DNA of 64,000 nucleotides, from assembly GCA_031285625.1 (NCBI GenBank), contig JAITVV010000080.1:32001-96000 (forward strand), in the 5' to 3' direction. The translations under genes and the position numbers were made by a program. The notes beneath the pieces were generated by a model. The model was not told where the DNA came from. It did no database searches and was given only the letters and a program-made list of their open reading frames with translations. Origin of the DNA: Prevotella sp. (lineage in GTDB: Bacteria > Bacteroidota > Bacteroidia > Bacteroidales > Dysgonomonadaceae). This document shows, one piece after another, positions 50,981 through 60,098 of the stretch (its first letter is position 1; every line of letters starts with the position of its first letter).

Positions 50981-51069
50981 TATCTTTGTACTGTGATTTA
51001 GGTTATTTAATTTATTATAAGATATAGACCAGAGAATACCATGATACCATAGGTGTTCTCTGTTTTTTT
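50981..51069 (+). ncRNA. Candidate small RNA or 5' attenuator
   Basis: TATCTTTG promoter element (50981-50988), then hairpin cagagaatacc / ggtgttctctg (51030-51062) and a T7 run, all upstream of the 51116 start. Confidence 0.45.
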
Positions 51070-51115
51070 ATGTCTTATAGGTAATAAAGATTGTTTAATT
51101 AAGAAAAGATTGGTT

Positions 51116-51481
51116 ATGAAAAGGTTATTAATTTTATTTGCTGCTATTGCAGGTTTTAGTATTAGTTCATTTGCCGAAAAGGATTATGAGGTACTTTGGG
51201 TATTGAATAACAAATCGACTTTCAATACAGTTACAGACTATGTACAAGCTAGCCCTAATCAACAGGCATTGATGAAGAATATATTTTATGATTCAGCAGA
51301 GAAACTCAAAGATGCACTTATTGAGAACGATCTGCAAGCTGCCGAAAAGGCATTATACTTTAATCTTGTAAATGTAAAATCGGTTTTGACTGTTGACCAG
51401 TATAAAAAGTATTTGACAATATTAAATGCTACAATACATAATCAGCAAGATAAGTATTTGGCACTTTCCAAGAATAAGTAA
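51116..51481 (+). CDS. Small secreted helical hypothetical protein
   Basis: Signal peptide ending SFA; C-terminal VLT.DQYKKYL.ILNAT block seen in Bacteroidales hypothetical proteins (recalled). Confidence 0.8.
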   Translation: MKRLLILFAAIAGFSISSFAEKDYEVLWVLNNKSTFNTVTDYVQASPNQQALMKNIFYDSAEKLKDALIENDLQAAEKALYFNLVNVKSVLTVDQYKKYLTILNATIHNQQDKYLALSKNK

Positions 51482-51495
51482 GAAAGTAATTTATA

Positions 51496-51537
51496 AAATA
51501 AAAGAGGATATCTGATTTCAGATATCCTCTTTTATTT
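51496..51537. terminator. Bidirectional terminator overlapping the stop of the convergent gene
   Basis: aaataaaagaggatatctga-tt-tcagatatcctcttttattt, perfect 20-bp stem. Confidence 0.85.
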
Positions 51538-52591
51538 GTAATCTTTTTTTCTTTATATTATCTATTATTAATACTATAACTAAATAGATAGGCATAAGCA
51601 TAAGGAAAAAGAAAAATATAAAAATCATATATTCGGCTCTTCCTGAGGCGTATTTTCCTATTATAAAATTAGTCAGTGAGCATGAAATAAGATATAAGAC
51701 CCAATAAATAAACGGAGCCATAATGCTTCCGGCGATTACTACAGGAGAGAATCGTTTGTTCGGATTTTTTATTCTATATCTTATAATAAAGTAAATATGA
51801 AAACTAATTAATAAAATGGATAAAATAAGAAAAAGACCTTCTGGTGTTAGCTTTATCAGCATTTTTGCTAACCAGCTTATTTCAGGTTTATAACTGATTA
51901 TAAGTTCATCTTGCGGTAATTCTGTAAAGTGAAGATGTGTAACAGTGCTGGTAAGGATTGAGTCCGAACTGATATTTGTTTCAAAGATACCTTTTATATT
52001 CGATGTGTTGATCTCTACATCAAGGCTACCAAAAGATCGCCAGTAACGTGCAGGTTTGAGATTATATTGTATTTTAAATTTTTTTATCAGGTCCCAATTA
52101 TCAACTTCTGCTTGTGCTGTATATTCTACATGTATTGTATGTTCCCCTTTTGTTAGGTCTATTTCAAAGTATTTCAGTCCTATGATATTCGGAACATCTT
52201 CCTTAGGATATCTTAGATAGTTATCTAAAGAGTCAATCCATTGAAGCGCATTCGGATTTTCATATGTAGATGGTATTCTTAGTACAGGTATAGTTTGATT
52301 GTCTAGCCATACTGAAAATGATCCGTCTTCAGCATAGCGATTAGTCATAGTGTCAAATATCATCGGAATTTGTTTTCCGTCACGGTCTGATTTTATTCTA
52401 TATACTACAGTGAACTTTACAGTATAGAAGTCTATAAAAGTTATGAGCAAATGTTCGTGAAGTATATCTATATCTTTACTAGAATATGCCTCAGAGGTAA
52501 TATCTCCTTTATGAATCGGAGAACTCATGTTTGCATATACTGATGTGTATAATGTAAAAAGAGTAATAAGTATTACAAGCCGTTTTAGCAT
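51518..52591 (-). CDS. Exported-domain membrane protein
   Basis: Signal peptide (VYA-NMSSP), soluble domain with YNLKPARYWRSFG, three C-terminal TM helices. Confidence 0.75.
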   Translation of the reverse strand: MLKRLVILITLFTLYTSVYANMSSPIHKGDITSEAYSSKDIDILHEHLLITFIDFYTVKFTVVYRIKSDRDGKQIPMIFDTMTNRYAEDGSFSVWLDNQTIPVLRIPSTYENPNALQWIDSLDNYLRYPKEDVPNIIGLKYFEIDLTKGEHTIHVEYTAQAEVDNWDLIKKFKIQYNLKPARYWRSFGSLDVEINTSNIKGIFETNISSDSILTSTVTHLHFTELPQDELIISYKPEISWLAKMLIKLTPEGLFLILSILLISFHIYFIIRYRIKNPNKRFSPVVIAGSIMAPFIYWVLYLISCSLTNFIIGKYASGRAEYMIFIFFFFLMLMPIYLVIVLIIDNIKKKRLQIKEDI

Positions 52592-52596
52592 CCTAA

Positions 52597-53493
52597 TTAC
52601 CTTAGGTTATTAATTATATGTCCTTTTGTTGGAAATATCTGATTCAGAGTCTTTTTGATACTTTGCTTCTCTTCGGCTGTTGCTTGTAAACTGATTTGTA
52701 CTATTTCATTCATTTTTGTTTCTCCAATGATCGTAAGCAACGGTGATGCAGGTCGCGCATCATATAATTTCTGAAGATCGGGTAAACATTCTATAATACG
52801 TATTCTCCCACGTGATGCATTTGCAGCCATTTCATCTAATCCCATACGATGATAATTATACCAGAATGCATGAAAACTCTTAGAGCTCTCGTCAGTTAAG
52901 GCTACAGCAAGATCATAACGGTTGTCATTCTTTCCGGAGAAAGGTTCCCATCCCTTTGTATTAAGGGATTGTGCCATATTAGCGATTTCCATTGCTCTTG
53001 CAAAATAGGGTGCCCCTCCATTCAGCGAAAAAGAATCAAAATCCAACCCTATAACAATGTTAGCATAAAAAGAAAGTACAGCAACCAGATTGCTATTTAA
53101 TACAATGTTATTTAGATCGAGAGATTCACCTTGGGTATAAGTAAATTCAAATTTTGTATCTCTGAAATTCAGTAGGGTAGCGATGTAAGTTGAATTATAT
53201 ACTGGACGTCTCGACGAAACCTGTATTTCGGCAGAGAAACTATTATCTGCAGTCATCTCATTCATCGAAATGACTATAGTACAATCGATACGTTCATTCT
53301 TGTTGAAGTTTGTATCTGTCCATTTCTGATCATTCAATAATTGATTGACTGATCTTTCTAATGAAGAAAATAAAGCTTCGTTTGCTGCAGGTAGTTTACG
53401 GGTATTTAATGTAAGCTTCGCGTTTAGCTCCTGCGCCTTTATAGTAGCGGATATAAGTATTACTGATATGATGAATAAAACTAGTATTCTCAT
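52597..53493 (-). CDS. DUF4835 family protein (T9SS-associated, PorD-like)
   Basis: Signal then QELNAKL, WT...F...ERI.C, SRRPVYNSTY, FYA..IVIGLDFDSF, Y.YHR.GLD; directly behind porE. Confidence 0.8.
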   Translation of the reverse strand: MRILVLFIISVILISATIKAQELNAKLTLNTRKLPAANEALFSSLERSVNQLLNDQKWTDTNFNKNERIDCTIVISMNEMTADNSFSAEIQVSSRRPVYNSTYIATLLNFRDTKFEFTYTQGESLDLNNIVLNSNLVAVLSFYANIVIGLDFDSFSLNGGAPYFARAMEIANMAQSLNTKGWEPFSGKNDNRYDLAVALTDESSKSFHAFWYNYHRMGLDEMAANASRGRIRIIECLPDLQKLYDARPASPLLTIIGETKMNEIVQISLQATAEEKQSIKKTLNQIFPTKGHIINNLR

Positions 53494-53494
53494 C

Positions 53495-55477
53495 TTATTC
53501 AAGATTATAGGTTACACTCAATACTTTAAACTCTGTGCGGCGATTTATCTGGTCCGCCATTTCTTGTTGCTCAGGTGTTAATCCCTCAATGAAATCCTCA
53601 GTGAGTATTTCGCCCTCTTTAAGGAAATCATACTTCTTAATTACAGCCTTAGTTACATTTTTTGGTTGCGATTTTCCTTTTCCAACGGCTGTAAGCCGCT
53701 CTTTGGCTATACCGGCAGCAATCAGATAGCTGACTACCGATTCTGCTCTTCGCTGAGATAGTTTAATATTATATTCGTCAGATCCTTTTCTGTCAGTATG
53801 AGCTGATAATTCGATCGTAACATTCGGATTTATATTGAGCAGATCTATTAACCCATCGAGCTCTTCTTTCGATTCAGGACGTAGAGTTGCTTTATCGAAG
53901 TCATAGAATATATTCTCCAATACTACCGGCTTATTGATAGGTGTGAGGATGAAATCTATCAGGTATGTTGAATCCTTCTCTGTGGTTATGGTTTTTAGCG
54001 ACATTCTGGTATTCAGATGATCTTTTGCACTGGCAAGGAATACATAATCTACGCCTTGATTAACGTCCATTTTATAGGTTCCATCATTCTTCCCCGGAAA
54101 TCTCATATTAGTACCGTCTCTTCCCACTACACGTATTGTTGCATTGGTTATAAATTCGTCATCAGTATCTACTATATAACCTTCCGCAACTGTAGTTATT
54201 ACAGGGTAGACAAAGGAATAGATATGGTCAAATCCTTTTCCATCTCCTCTGTTAGAACTGAAGAACCCACTTTCTTTCTCTCCTTCAAATGTGATTCCAA
54301 AATCGTCACCTTGAGAATTTATCGGTGACCTCAGGTTTTCTATAGTCCAGCTTTTTGTCTTTTTGTTATAATCAGCCTTATATATGTCCAGTCCTCCCAT
54401 GCCAACATGCCCATCAGAGGAAAAATACAGAGTGGAGTCATTTCTCATATAAGGAAACATTTCATCTCCTGCTGTATTTATATCCGGTCCCAGGTTTTCC
54501 ACGTATTCTACCAGATCGCCAACCATACTTGCCCGCCATATATCTTTACCGCCATGTCCCCCTGGCATATCTGATACAAAGTATAGGAACTCTCCAGATG
54601 GAGTGATAGTCGGATGTGCATAAACGCTGGTAGAATCTCTTTTATTGATTTCTATCTTGGTCCCTGCTCCCCAAGATCCGGAAGAACGATAAGAGACGTA
54701 GATAGCCGGAAAAGAGGTATTAATAGAATCTAGTTTCGTCTGAGTGAAATACATGGCTGTACCTGATGCTGAAAAAGATGTAGTACCTTCATCGGAAGAG
54801 GTGTTTATTGCTGATTCAAGATGTTCCGGCTTCATCCAGTTACCACTTTCATCCTTTCGCGCCATAAATACGTCGTTGAGTTTGGACCCCGTAATGTTGC
54901 TTATTGTATCTCCGATCACTTCATCCCTGTTTGATGTAAAATATAGTTGGTCGTAGTCCGGAGGAAGTAACATCGGGCTAAATTCTCCTCTTCTCGAATT
55001 TAGCAATTCCATCCTCTTTACGGTGTGAAGAGTTGGATTTGCTTTCCATTCGGGAGCTATCTTAGAACCTTCCAGTCCATTAAGAGCAAACTTATTATTT
55101 GGGTACAGTTTAAGGAAATCAGTATAATATTTGATGGCCTGTTTGTAATCTCCTGCTTTTTGTAACGATCTGGCATATTGCAGGTTGATGGTGCTATCAT
55201 TTACCTTATAGCGAACAGCGTTTGCATAAGCAGCATTCGCCCGTAAAGGGTTGTTGATAAGGCGATAACTTTCGGCCATCCTGTGAGCAATCTCTCCCCG
55301 GAATTCCCTTTTCTTAGCAGGGGTTTGACGATATATCTTTCGATACATATCAGCTGCTACAAAGTACTCGCCTTGTGCAAATTTCCGGTCTGCATCTTCC
55401 AACTTGACCTGTTTGCAAGACCATACAGATAATAGTAGTGTGAGAATTCCCAGTGTATAGGATATATATCTTTTCAA
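53495..55477 (-). CDS. porE: T9SS peptidoglycan-anchor lipoprotein PorE (TPR-PD40-carboxypeptidase-regulatory-OmpA)
   Basis: TTG start, lipobox VWSC, TPR helices, LYFTSNR / LYFVSD / LYFSSDG repeats, ENIFYDFDKA, SAHTD...LSQRRAES, NRRTEF. Confidence 0.85.
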   Translation of the reverse strand: MKRYISYTLGILTLLLSVWSCKQVKLEDADRKFAQGEYFVAADMYRKIYRQTPAKKREFRGEIAHRMAESYRLINNPLRANAAYANAVRYKVNDSTINLQYARSLQKAGDYKQAIKYYTDFLKLYPNNKFALNGLEGSKIAPEWKANPTLHTVKRMELLNSRRGEFSPMLLPPDYDQLYFTSNRDEVIGDTISNITGSKLNDVFMARKDESGNWMKPEHLESAINTSSDEGTTSFSASGTAMYFTQTKLDSINTSFPAIYVSYRSSGSWGAGTKIEINKRDSTSVYAHPTITPSGEFLYFVSDMPGGHGGKDIWRASMVGDLVEYVENLGPDINTAGDEMFPYMRNDSTLYFSSDGHVGMGGLDIYKADYNKKTKSWTIENLRSPINSQGDDFGITFEGEKESGFFSSNRGDGKGFDHIYSFVYPVITTVAEGYIVDTDDEFITNATIRVVGRDGTNMRFPGKNDGTYKMDVNQGVDYVFLASAKDHLNTRMSLKTITTEKDSTYLIDFILTPINKPVVLENIFYDFDKATLRPESKEELDGLIDLLNINPNVTIELSAHTDRKGSDEYNIKLSQRRAESVVSYLIAAGIAKERLTAVGKGKSQPKNVTKAVIKKYDFLKEGEILTEDFIEGLTPEQQEMADQINRRTEFKVLSVTYNLE

Positions 55478-55580
55478 GACTTTTTACATCTAAGTTATTA
55501 CAGTCTACAAATATAACTCATTTCCTTGTAGAATATTGCTTTTATGACATGGAAACGTAATCAGGATGTAGTATATCTCC

Positions 55581-55703
55581 AAAAAGTAACAAAGCCGAGA
55601 GGTAATAATTATCCCATTTATTTAAGTTGTTGTATGCCAGTTTTGTATTGTGAAAAGGTGACAAAGGTAACAGCTTTCAAGCTATTTTTGCATGTAACTT
55701 TTT
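55581..55703 (-). repeat. Dispersed GT(T/C)AC element, copy D (inverted)
   Basis: Reverse complement reads aaaaagttacatgcaaaaatagcttgaaagctgttacctttgtcacctttt...tttgttacttttt, the same architecture as copies B and C. Confidence 0.75.
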
Positions 55704-55739
55704 GTATTATCATCCTTTTTCGAGAAATACAGAAAATAA

Positions 55740-55771
55740 TAAAGCAAGGAATCAAATCAATCCTTGCTTTA
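55740..55771 (-). terminator. Terminator of recA
   Basis: taaagcaagga-N10-tccttgcttta. Confidence 0.75.
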
Positions 55772-55801
55772 TATAAGATAATTTTATGTATATTAAATAC
55801 T

Positions 55802-56827
55802 TTAGTTTTTCTTTTCCTTCAATGCATTGAATATAAGCACTTCCAGTTCATCAGCCAGTTCGGGATTATCTTTTATTACCTCTTTTGCCGATTCACGGCC
55901 TTGCGCTAATTTAGTATCGTTGTAGCTGTACCACGAACCACTTTTCTTGATAATACCCAGTTCCGATCCTAAATCAATGATTTCTCCTGAACGGGAAATG
56001 CCTTCACCATACATGATGTCAAATTCGGCTTTACGGAACGGAGGAGCCACCTTGTTTTTTGCCACTTTTACACGGGTCTGGCTACCTTTTACTTCGTCCC
56101 CGTCTTTTAACTGTCCTATACGGCGTATATCAAGACGTACAGATGAATAATACTTCAGGGCATTACCTCCGGTTGTTGTTTCCGGTGAACCGAACATAAC
56201 CCCGATCTTATCACGCAACTGGTTGATAAAAATACATGTTGTACTTGTCTTATTGATTGCTGCAGTAAGTTTACGTAATGCCTGAGACATCAAGCGTGCT
56301 TGTAATCCCATTTTAGAATCACCCATCTCACCTTCCAGTTCGGCTTTTGGCGTAAGAGCTGCAACCGAGTCTATAACAATAATATCTATTGCTGACGAGC
56401 GGATAAGCTGTTCCGCAATTTCCAGAGCTTGTTCTCCGCTATCAGGTTGTGATATATAAAGATTTTCAACATCTACACCCAATTTCTCTGCATAAAAGCG
56501 ATCGAAAGCATGCTCAGCATCGATAAATGCAGCTATACCACCTGCTTTTTGAGCTTCGGCGATAGCATGTATCGCTAAAGTAGTTTTACCTGAAGACTCA
56601 GGGCCATATATTTCCACTACTCTGCCACGTGGGTATCCACCTACGCCAAGAGCAGCATTTAATGCTATTGAACCTGTAGAAATAACGGCTACCTCATCGA
56701 CTTTTTCGTCGCCCATTTTCATTATCGAGCCTTTACCGTAACTCTTTTCAATTTTGTCCATTGCAGCATGCAGAGCTTTTAGTTTCTCTGTATTTGGTGC
56801 TGCTTTCTTTTCTTTTTCTTCTGCCAT
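55802..56827 (-). CDS. recA: Recombinase A
   Basis: [54 protein letters not shown]. Confidence 0.99.
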   Translation of the reverse strand: MAEEKEKKAAPNTEKLKALHAAMDKIEKSYGKGSIMKMGDEKVDEVAVISTGSIALNAALGVGGYPRGRVVEIYGPESSGKTTLAIHAIAEAQKAGGIAAFIDAEHAFDRFYAEKLGVDVENLYISQPDSGEQALEIAEQLIRSSAIDIIVIDSVAALTPKAELEGEMGDSKMGLQARLMSQALRKLTAAINKTSTTCIFINQLRDKIGVMFGSPETTTGGNALKYYSSVRLDIRRIGQLKDGDEVKGSQTRVKVAKNKVAPPFRKAEFDIMYGEGISRSGEIIDLGSELGIIKKSGSWYSYNDTKLAQGRESAKEVIKDNPELADELEVLIFNALKEKKN

Positions 56828-56859
56828 TATTTTCTTGTAATTATATGTAAGTAAACTTA

Positions 56860-57318
56860 TTATAGATCCAATATCTGTTGCGCGTGCTCTTTTGTCTTTA
56901 TTTCTTTTGGAGTGATTATTTTTTCTATTACTCCCTTTTCATCAATGAGGAAAGTTGTGCGGAATGTACCCATATATTTACGTCCGGCAAGAGTTTTTTC
57001 TCCCCATACACCAAATTGCTCAACCAGTTTTTTGTCTGTGTCTGCTATCAAAGGGAATGGCAACTGTTGCTTTTCGATAAACTTTTGATGAGATTTCTCA
57101 CTGTCTACACTGACACCTAATATCTGATACCCTGCTTTTCTAAGTTGAGAGAAATTATCCCTGAAACTGCAAGCCTCTGCTGTACATCCCGGTGTGCTGT
57201 CTTTAGGATAAAAATAAAGTACAAGCTTAGTACCTGCATAATCTGCAGCTTTTACTTCTTTTCCATCCTGATCTGTTCCCAGTATATCAGGTATTTTATC
57301 TCCTATACTCAACGCCAT
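56860..57318 (-). CDS. bcp: Thioredoxin-dependent peroxiredoxin BCP
   Basis: [20 protein letters not shown]. Confidence 0.95.
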   Translation of the reverse strand: MALSIGDKIPDILGTDQDGKEVKAADYAGTKLVLYFYPKDSTPGCTAEACSFRDNFSQLRKAGYQILGVSVDSEKSHQKFIEKQQLPFPLIADTDKKLVEQFGVWGEKTLAGRKYMGTFRTTFLIDEKGVIEKIITPKEIKTKEHAQQILDL

Positions 57319-57320
57319 AA

Positions 57321-57845
57321 TTATTCTATATAAAATGTTTTTTCGTATGTACTTTTTTTATCTCTTACTATATTTCTCAAATCTATCGTTTGATTAGAGA
57401 CATCAGTAAATTTAATAGATGCATTATTGTATTCTATTGCATCTGCATTAGGATCATCTCCAAGTATCCCCAGATTTTCCAAAGCTTCGACCTTTGCTTT
57501 TACCGAATTGATATAAGTCAGAACGGCCAGTTGATATTCTTCTCCCCCTTTGTAGATAGGAGTTGTTTTTACTATATCGAGGTACTTGTCAATTTCTTTA
57601 AAAGCCTCTGTTTTTCCTTTACGTAGGTCTGCGCTTATCTTTTTATCCCATACATCCTGTACTTTTTTCTCATATTCGGAGTATACTGCATCACTATAAT
57701 TAACCGCATCTAAAAGTAAATAATTATAATGCTTTTTTGAATCTCCTTTATTTGTGTTCTCTACCACACGTTTTACTACATTCTGAGCATTCATAACTGT
57801 TGTAACGCTCAACATCGCTAATACGATGAATAAATACTTTCTCAT
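57321..57845 (-). CDS. Secreted hypothetical protein
   Basis: Signal peptide ending MNA-Q; predicted all-helical; tightly spaced before bcp. Confidence 0.75.
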   Translation of the reverse strand: MRKYLFIVLAMLSVTTVMNAQNVVKRVVENTNKGDSKKHYNYLLLDAVNYSDAVYSEYEKKVQDVWDKKISADLRKGKTEAFKEIDKYLDIVKTTPIYKGGEEYQLAVLTYINSVKAKVEALENLGILGDDPNADAIEYNNASIKFTDVSNQTIDLRNIVRDKKSTYEKTFYIE

Positions 57846-57884
57846 AGCTCGTTTTGTTTGTTTGTTTTTATCTTTAGTCCAATT

Positions 57885-58460
57885 TTAATTCACTACAAAC
57901 CATTTATCATTTACAGGTGGAGCATATTTCTCCATCTTGTTTAATAAACAATCTATTTTATCGTCTACTAACAATAGATCCTGATATTCCTCTTTGAGAA
58001 AACCATTTTTAATCATTGTTTGCGACATTGTTATCAATGGATTGTAATACCCATTGGTATTTAATATAGCTACCGGTTTCTTATGCAAAGCTAATTGCGC
58101 CCAGGTAAGCATTTCAAATAACTCGTCCAATGTACCATACCCGCCAGGAAGAGCGATGATTCCGTCACTTAGGTCGTTCATCAATGCTTTTCTTTCGTGC
58201 ATAGTTTCCACTATATGTATTTTGGTGAGTCTGGTATGTTCCAGTTCCTTACTTTTCAGAAACTCAGGAATTATACCTATCACTTCTCCTCCGGCATTAA
58301 GCGCTCCGTTGGCAACATATCCCATAAGTCCTACATGAGCTCCCCCATATACAATCCCATAACCACGTTGTGCAATTGTTTTTCCCAATAGTGTAGCTTG
58401 TTCTGCATATACGGTATCATTACCGGAAGATGAACCGCAAAATATAGATATATATTTCAT
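57885..58460 (-). CDS. LOG-family nucleotide phosphoribohydrolase (TIGR00730)
   Basis: FCGSS, YGG..VGLMG, MHERK, PGGYGTLDE. Confidence 0.92.
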   Translation of the reverse strand: MKYISIFCGSSSGNDTVYAEQATLLGKTIAQRGYGIVYGGAHVGLMGYVANGALNAGGEVIGIIPEFLKSKELEHTRLTKIHIVETMHERKALMNDLSDGIIALPGGYGTLDELFEMLTWAQLALHKKPVAILNTNGYYNPLITMSQTMIKNGFLKEEYQDLLLVDDKIDCLLNKMEKYAPPVNDKWFVVN

Positions 58461-58619
58461 TCAATAATTCTTTCCTTTCTTAAGAAGCAAAGATAATAAT
58501 ATTCTCAAATAATTTTAATAATAAAATATGCTGTTGAAAACTTTTGAATGATTTATCTTTGTTTAGAAATGATCTGTGAAATGATTTTCTGTTTTACAGA
58601 AAGAAAAAACTTATATGAT

Positions 58620-59114
58620 ATGAAGTTTATTTTATTTTTAATAAGTCTCATTTTATTATTTTCAGGTTGCCAGTCGGTACCCAAAACAGTCTCAAAAACG
58701 GAAGGATGGCATAATATAGCTGTTACCGAAGATGTTGAAATCTTTACAGATACTACAAGTATTCGTCAGGAAGGAGCCGTAGCATATGCCCGTGAAAAGA
58801 GAATATATGTTACTGTAGATGGCCGTAAATCGTATGTGGATAAAATAAGGAATGAATATGCCAAAATGGGTAAAGCTGAAAAGGCTGATAAGTGGAGCGA
58901 TTTTAGCTACTGCATATATAATAGCCTGTATGACTGTACAAACAAAAGATTCAGAGTCTTATCTGTAGAAGACTATGATTCGGCAGGGAAGCTAATAATG
59001 AAAACTACTTCTTCCAAAAAAAATATAAGGTGGTTGAATGTAGACAGTGAAACGGTAGGCGATTATACTTTCTTTTTTGTCTGCGATTATCAGAACCGAT
59101 TTGTTATAGAATAA
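58620..59114 (+). CDS. Lipoprotein, surface-adhesin-E-like fold
   Basis: Lipobox FSGC; W..I....D...F.DT.SI, YDC..K.F..L....YD..G and a terminal Cys resemble protein E-type domains. Confidence 0.7.
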   Translation: MKFILFLISLILLFSGCQSVPKTVSKTEGWHNIAVTEDVEIFTDTTSIRQEGAVAYAREKRIYVTVDGRKSYVDKIRNEYAKMGKAEKADKWSDFSYCIYNSLYDCTNKRFRVLSVEDYDSAGKLIMKTTSSKKNIRWLNVDSETVGDYTFFFVCDYQNRFVIE

Positions 59115-59143
59115 GAAAAGAGTAGGGAACTACTCCTTTTCTT
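59113..59143. terminator. Bidirectional hairpin
   Basis: aagaaaagagtag-ggaa-ctactccttttctt. Confidence 0.65.
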
Positions 59144-59513
59144 TTATACGTATAAGGCGCATTATAATTTTATTCGGATCGTCTTTATCTACTACGGTAA
59201 GGATATCATCTTTTAGTATAAACCGGTGTGTTTGTTGCTCTCCCATTCTGCCGGTAACAGTGATCAGATTGTCTTGGATAGAATAGACACCCATACACTC
59301 ACTCCTGGCTATTACTCCGTTTGTACGTACTTCCATATACATCGTATCCCGTTCAAATCTTAGTTCGGGTGCAACGATAGTATCTCCTCTGACAACAAAG
59401 GCTGTATCCTGATTATGATCCATCTCCATAGCCCATCTTCCTTCTATTGTAGGACGGGTACTACAAGCCATAAGTACGATTACAAATGAAAAGCAAAAAA
59501 ACAGTCGTTTCAT
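59130..59513 (-). CDS. Small lipoprotein (lipocalin-like)
   Basis: Lipobox LMAC; IEGRW (GxW), G.Y.I..N.I and a C-terminal L.R strand. Confidence 0.75.
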   Translation of the reverse strand: MKRLFFCFSFVIVLMACSTRPTIEGRWAMEMDHNQDTAFVVRGDTIVAPELRFERDTMYMEVRTNGVIARSECMGVYSIQDNLITVTGRMGEQQTHRFILKDDILTVVDKDDPNKIIMRLIRIKEKE

Positions 59514-59726
59514 TATTATATGTTTAAGTATGATATCTCTGTCTGTAAGACGATGTGAAGATATTAAAAAAAGTTGAATTACTGTTTTCTCAGGTATTTA
59601 ACGATATTAAAAAAACGTTATACACGTTATTTATGGATAAACAATTGACTTAACTTGATTGTTATTTTAATAAATAAGCTATATTTGTTAAAACGAAAAT
59701 GTATAACTCATAAAATACAGCACATT

Positions 59727-60029
59727 ATGAAAGGATTTATATTAGGATTGGCTGTTGGTGCACTAGGTGTATATGCAGCATTGAAACTATCAGATGAGGA
59801 AACAAGGGAAGAATTGCGTTCCAGAGTGAATAATGTTACTGATAAGGCAAAATCTGAATTAGATTATGGTCTTACTGTAGGTAGGAGTAAAGCATTACGT
59901 GCTGGGGTAAAAGCAAGACAGGAAGTAAGAAAAGGTAAGCAGAAAATTAATCAGGTAACTGGTGATGTAGCCGGAAAGTTAGCTAGTGAACTGTCTGAAA
60001 TAGAAGCAAAGGCGAAAGCTAATGCATAA
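59727..60029 (+). CDS. YtxH-like small protein
   Basis: GFILGLAVGALG then a charged helical region (EETREELR); TATATTTG element upstream. Confidence 0.7.
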   Translation: MKGFILGLAVGALGVYAALKLSDEETREELRSRVNNVTDKAKSELDYGLTVGRSKALRAGVKARQEVRKGKQKINQVTGDVAGKLASELSEIEAKAKANA

Positions 60030-60055
60030 ATTGACAAAGTAATAAATTACTATAA

Positions 60056-60086
60056 AAAAGGATTATCTGATACAGATAATCCTTTT
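60056..60086. terminator. Bidirectional terminator
   Basis: aaaaggattatctg-ata-cagataatcctttt. Confidence 0.85.
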
Positions 60087-60098
60087 CTTTTTATGTTT

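Noticed and set aside
43936-58460. miaA plus LOG as a cytokinin-production system
   Set aside because: Both are common housekeeping genes, 13 kb apart and not linked.
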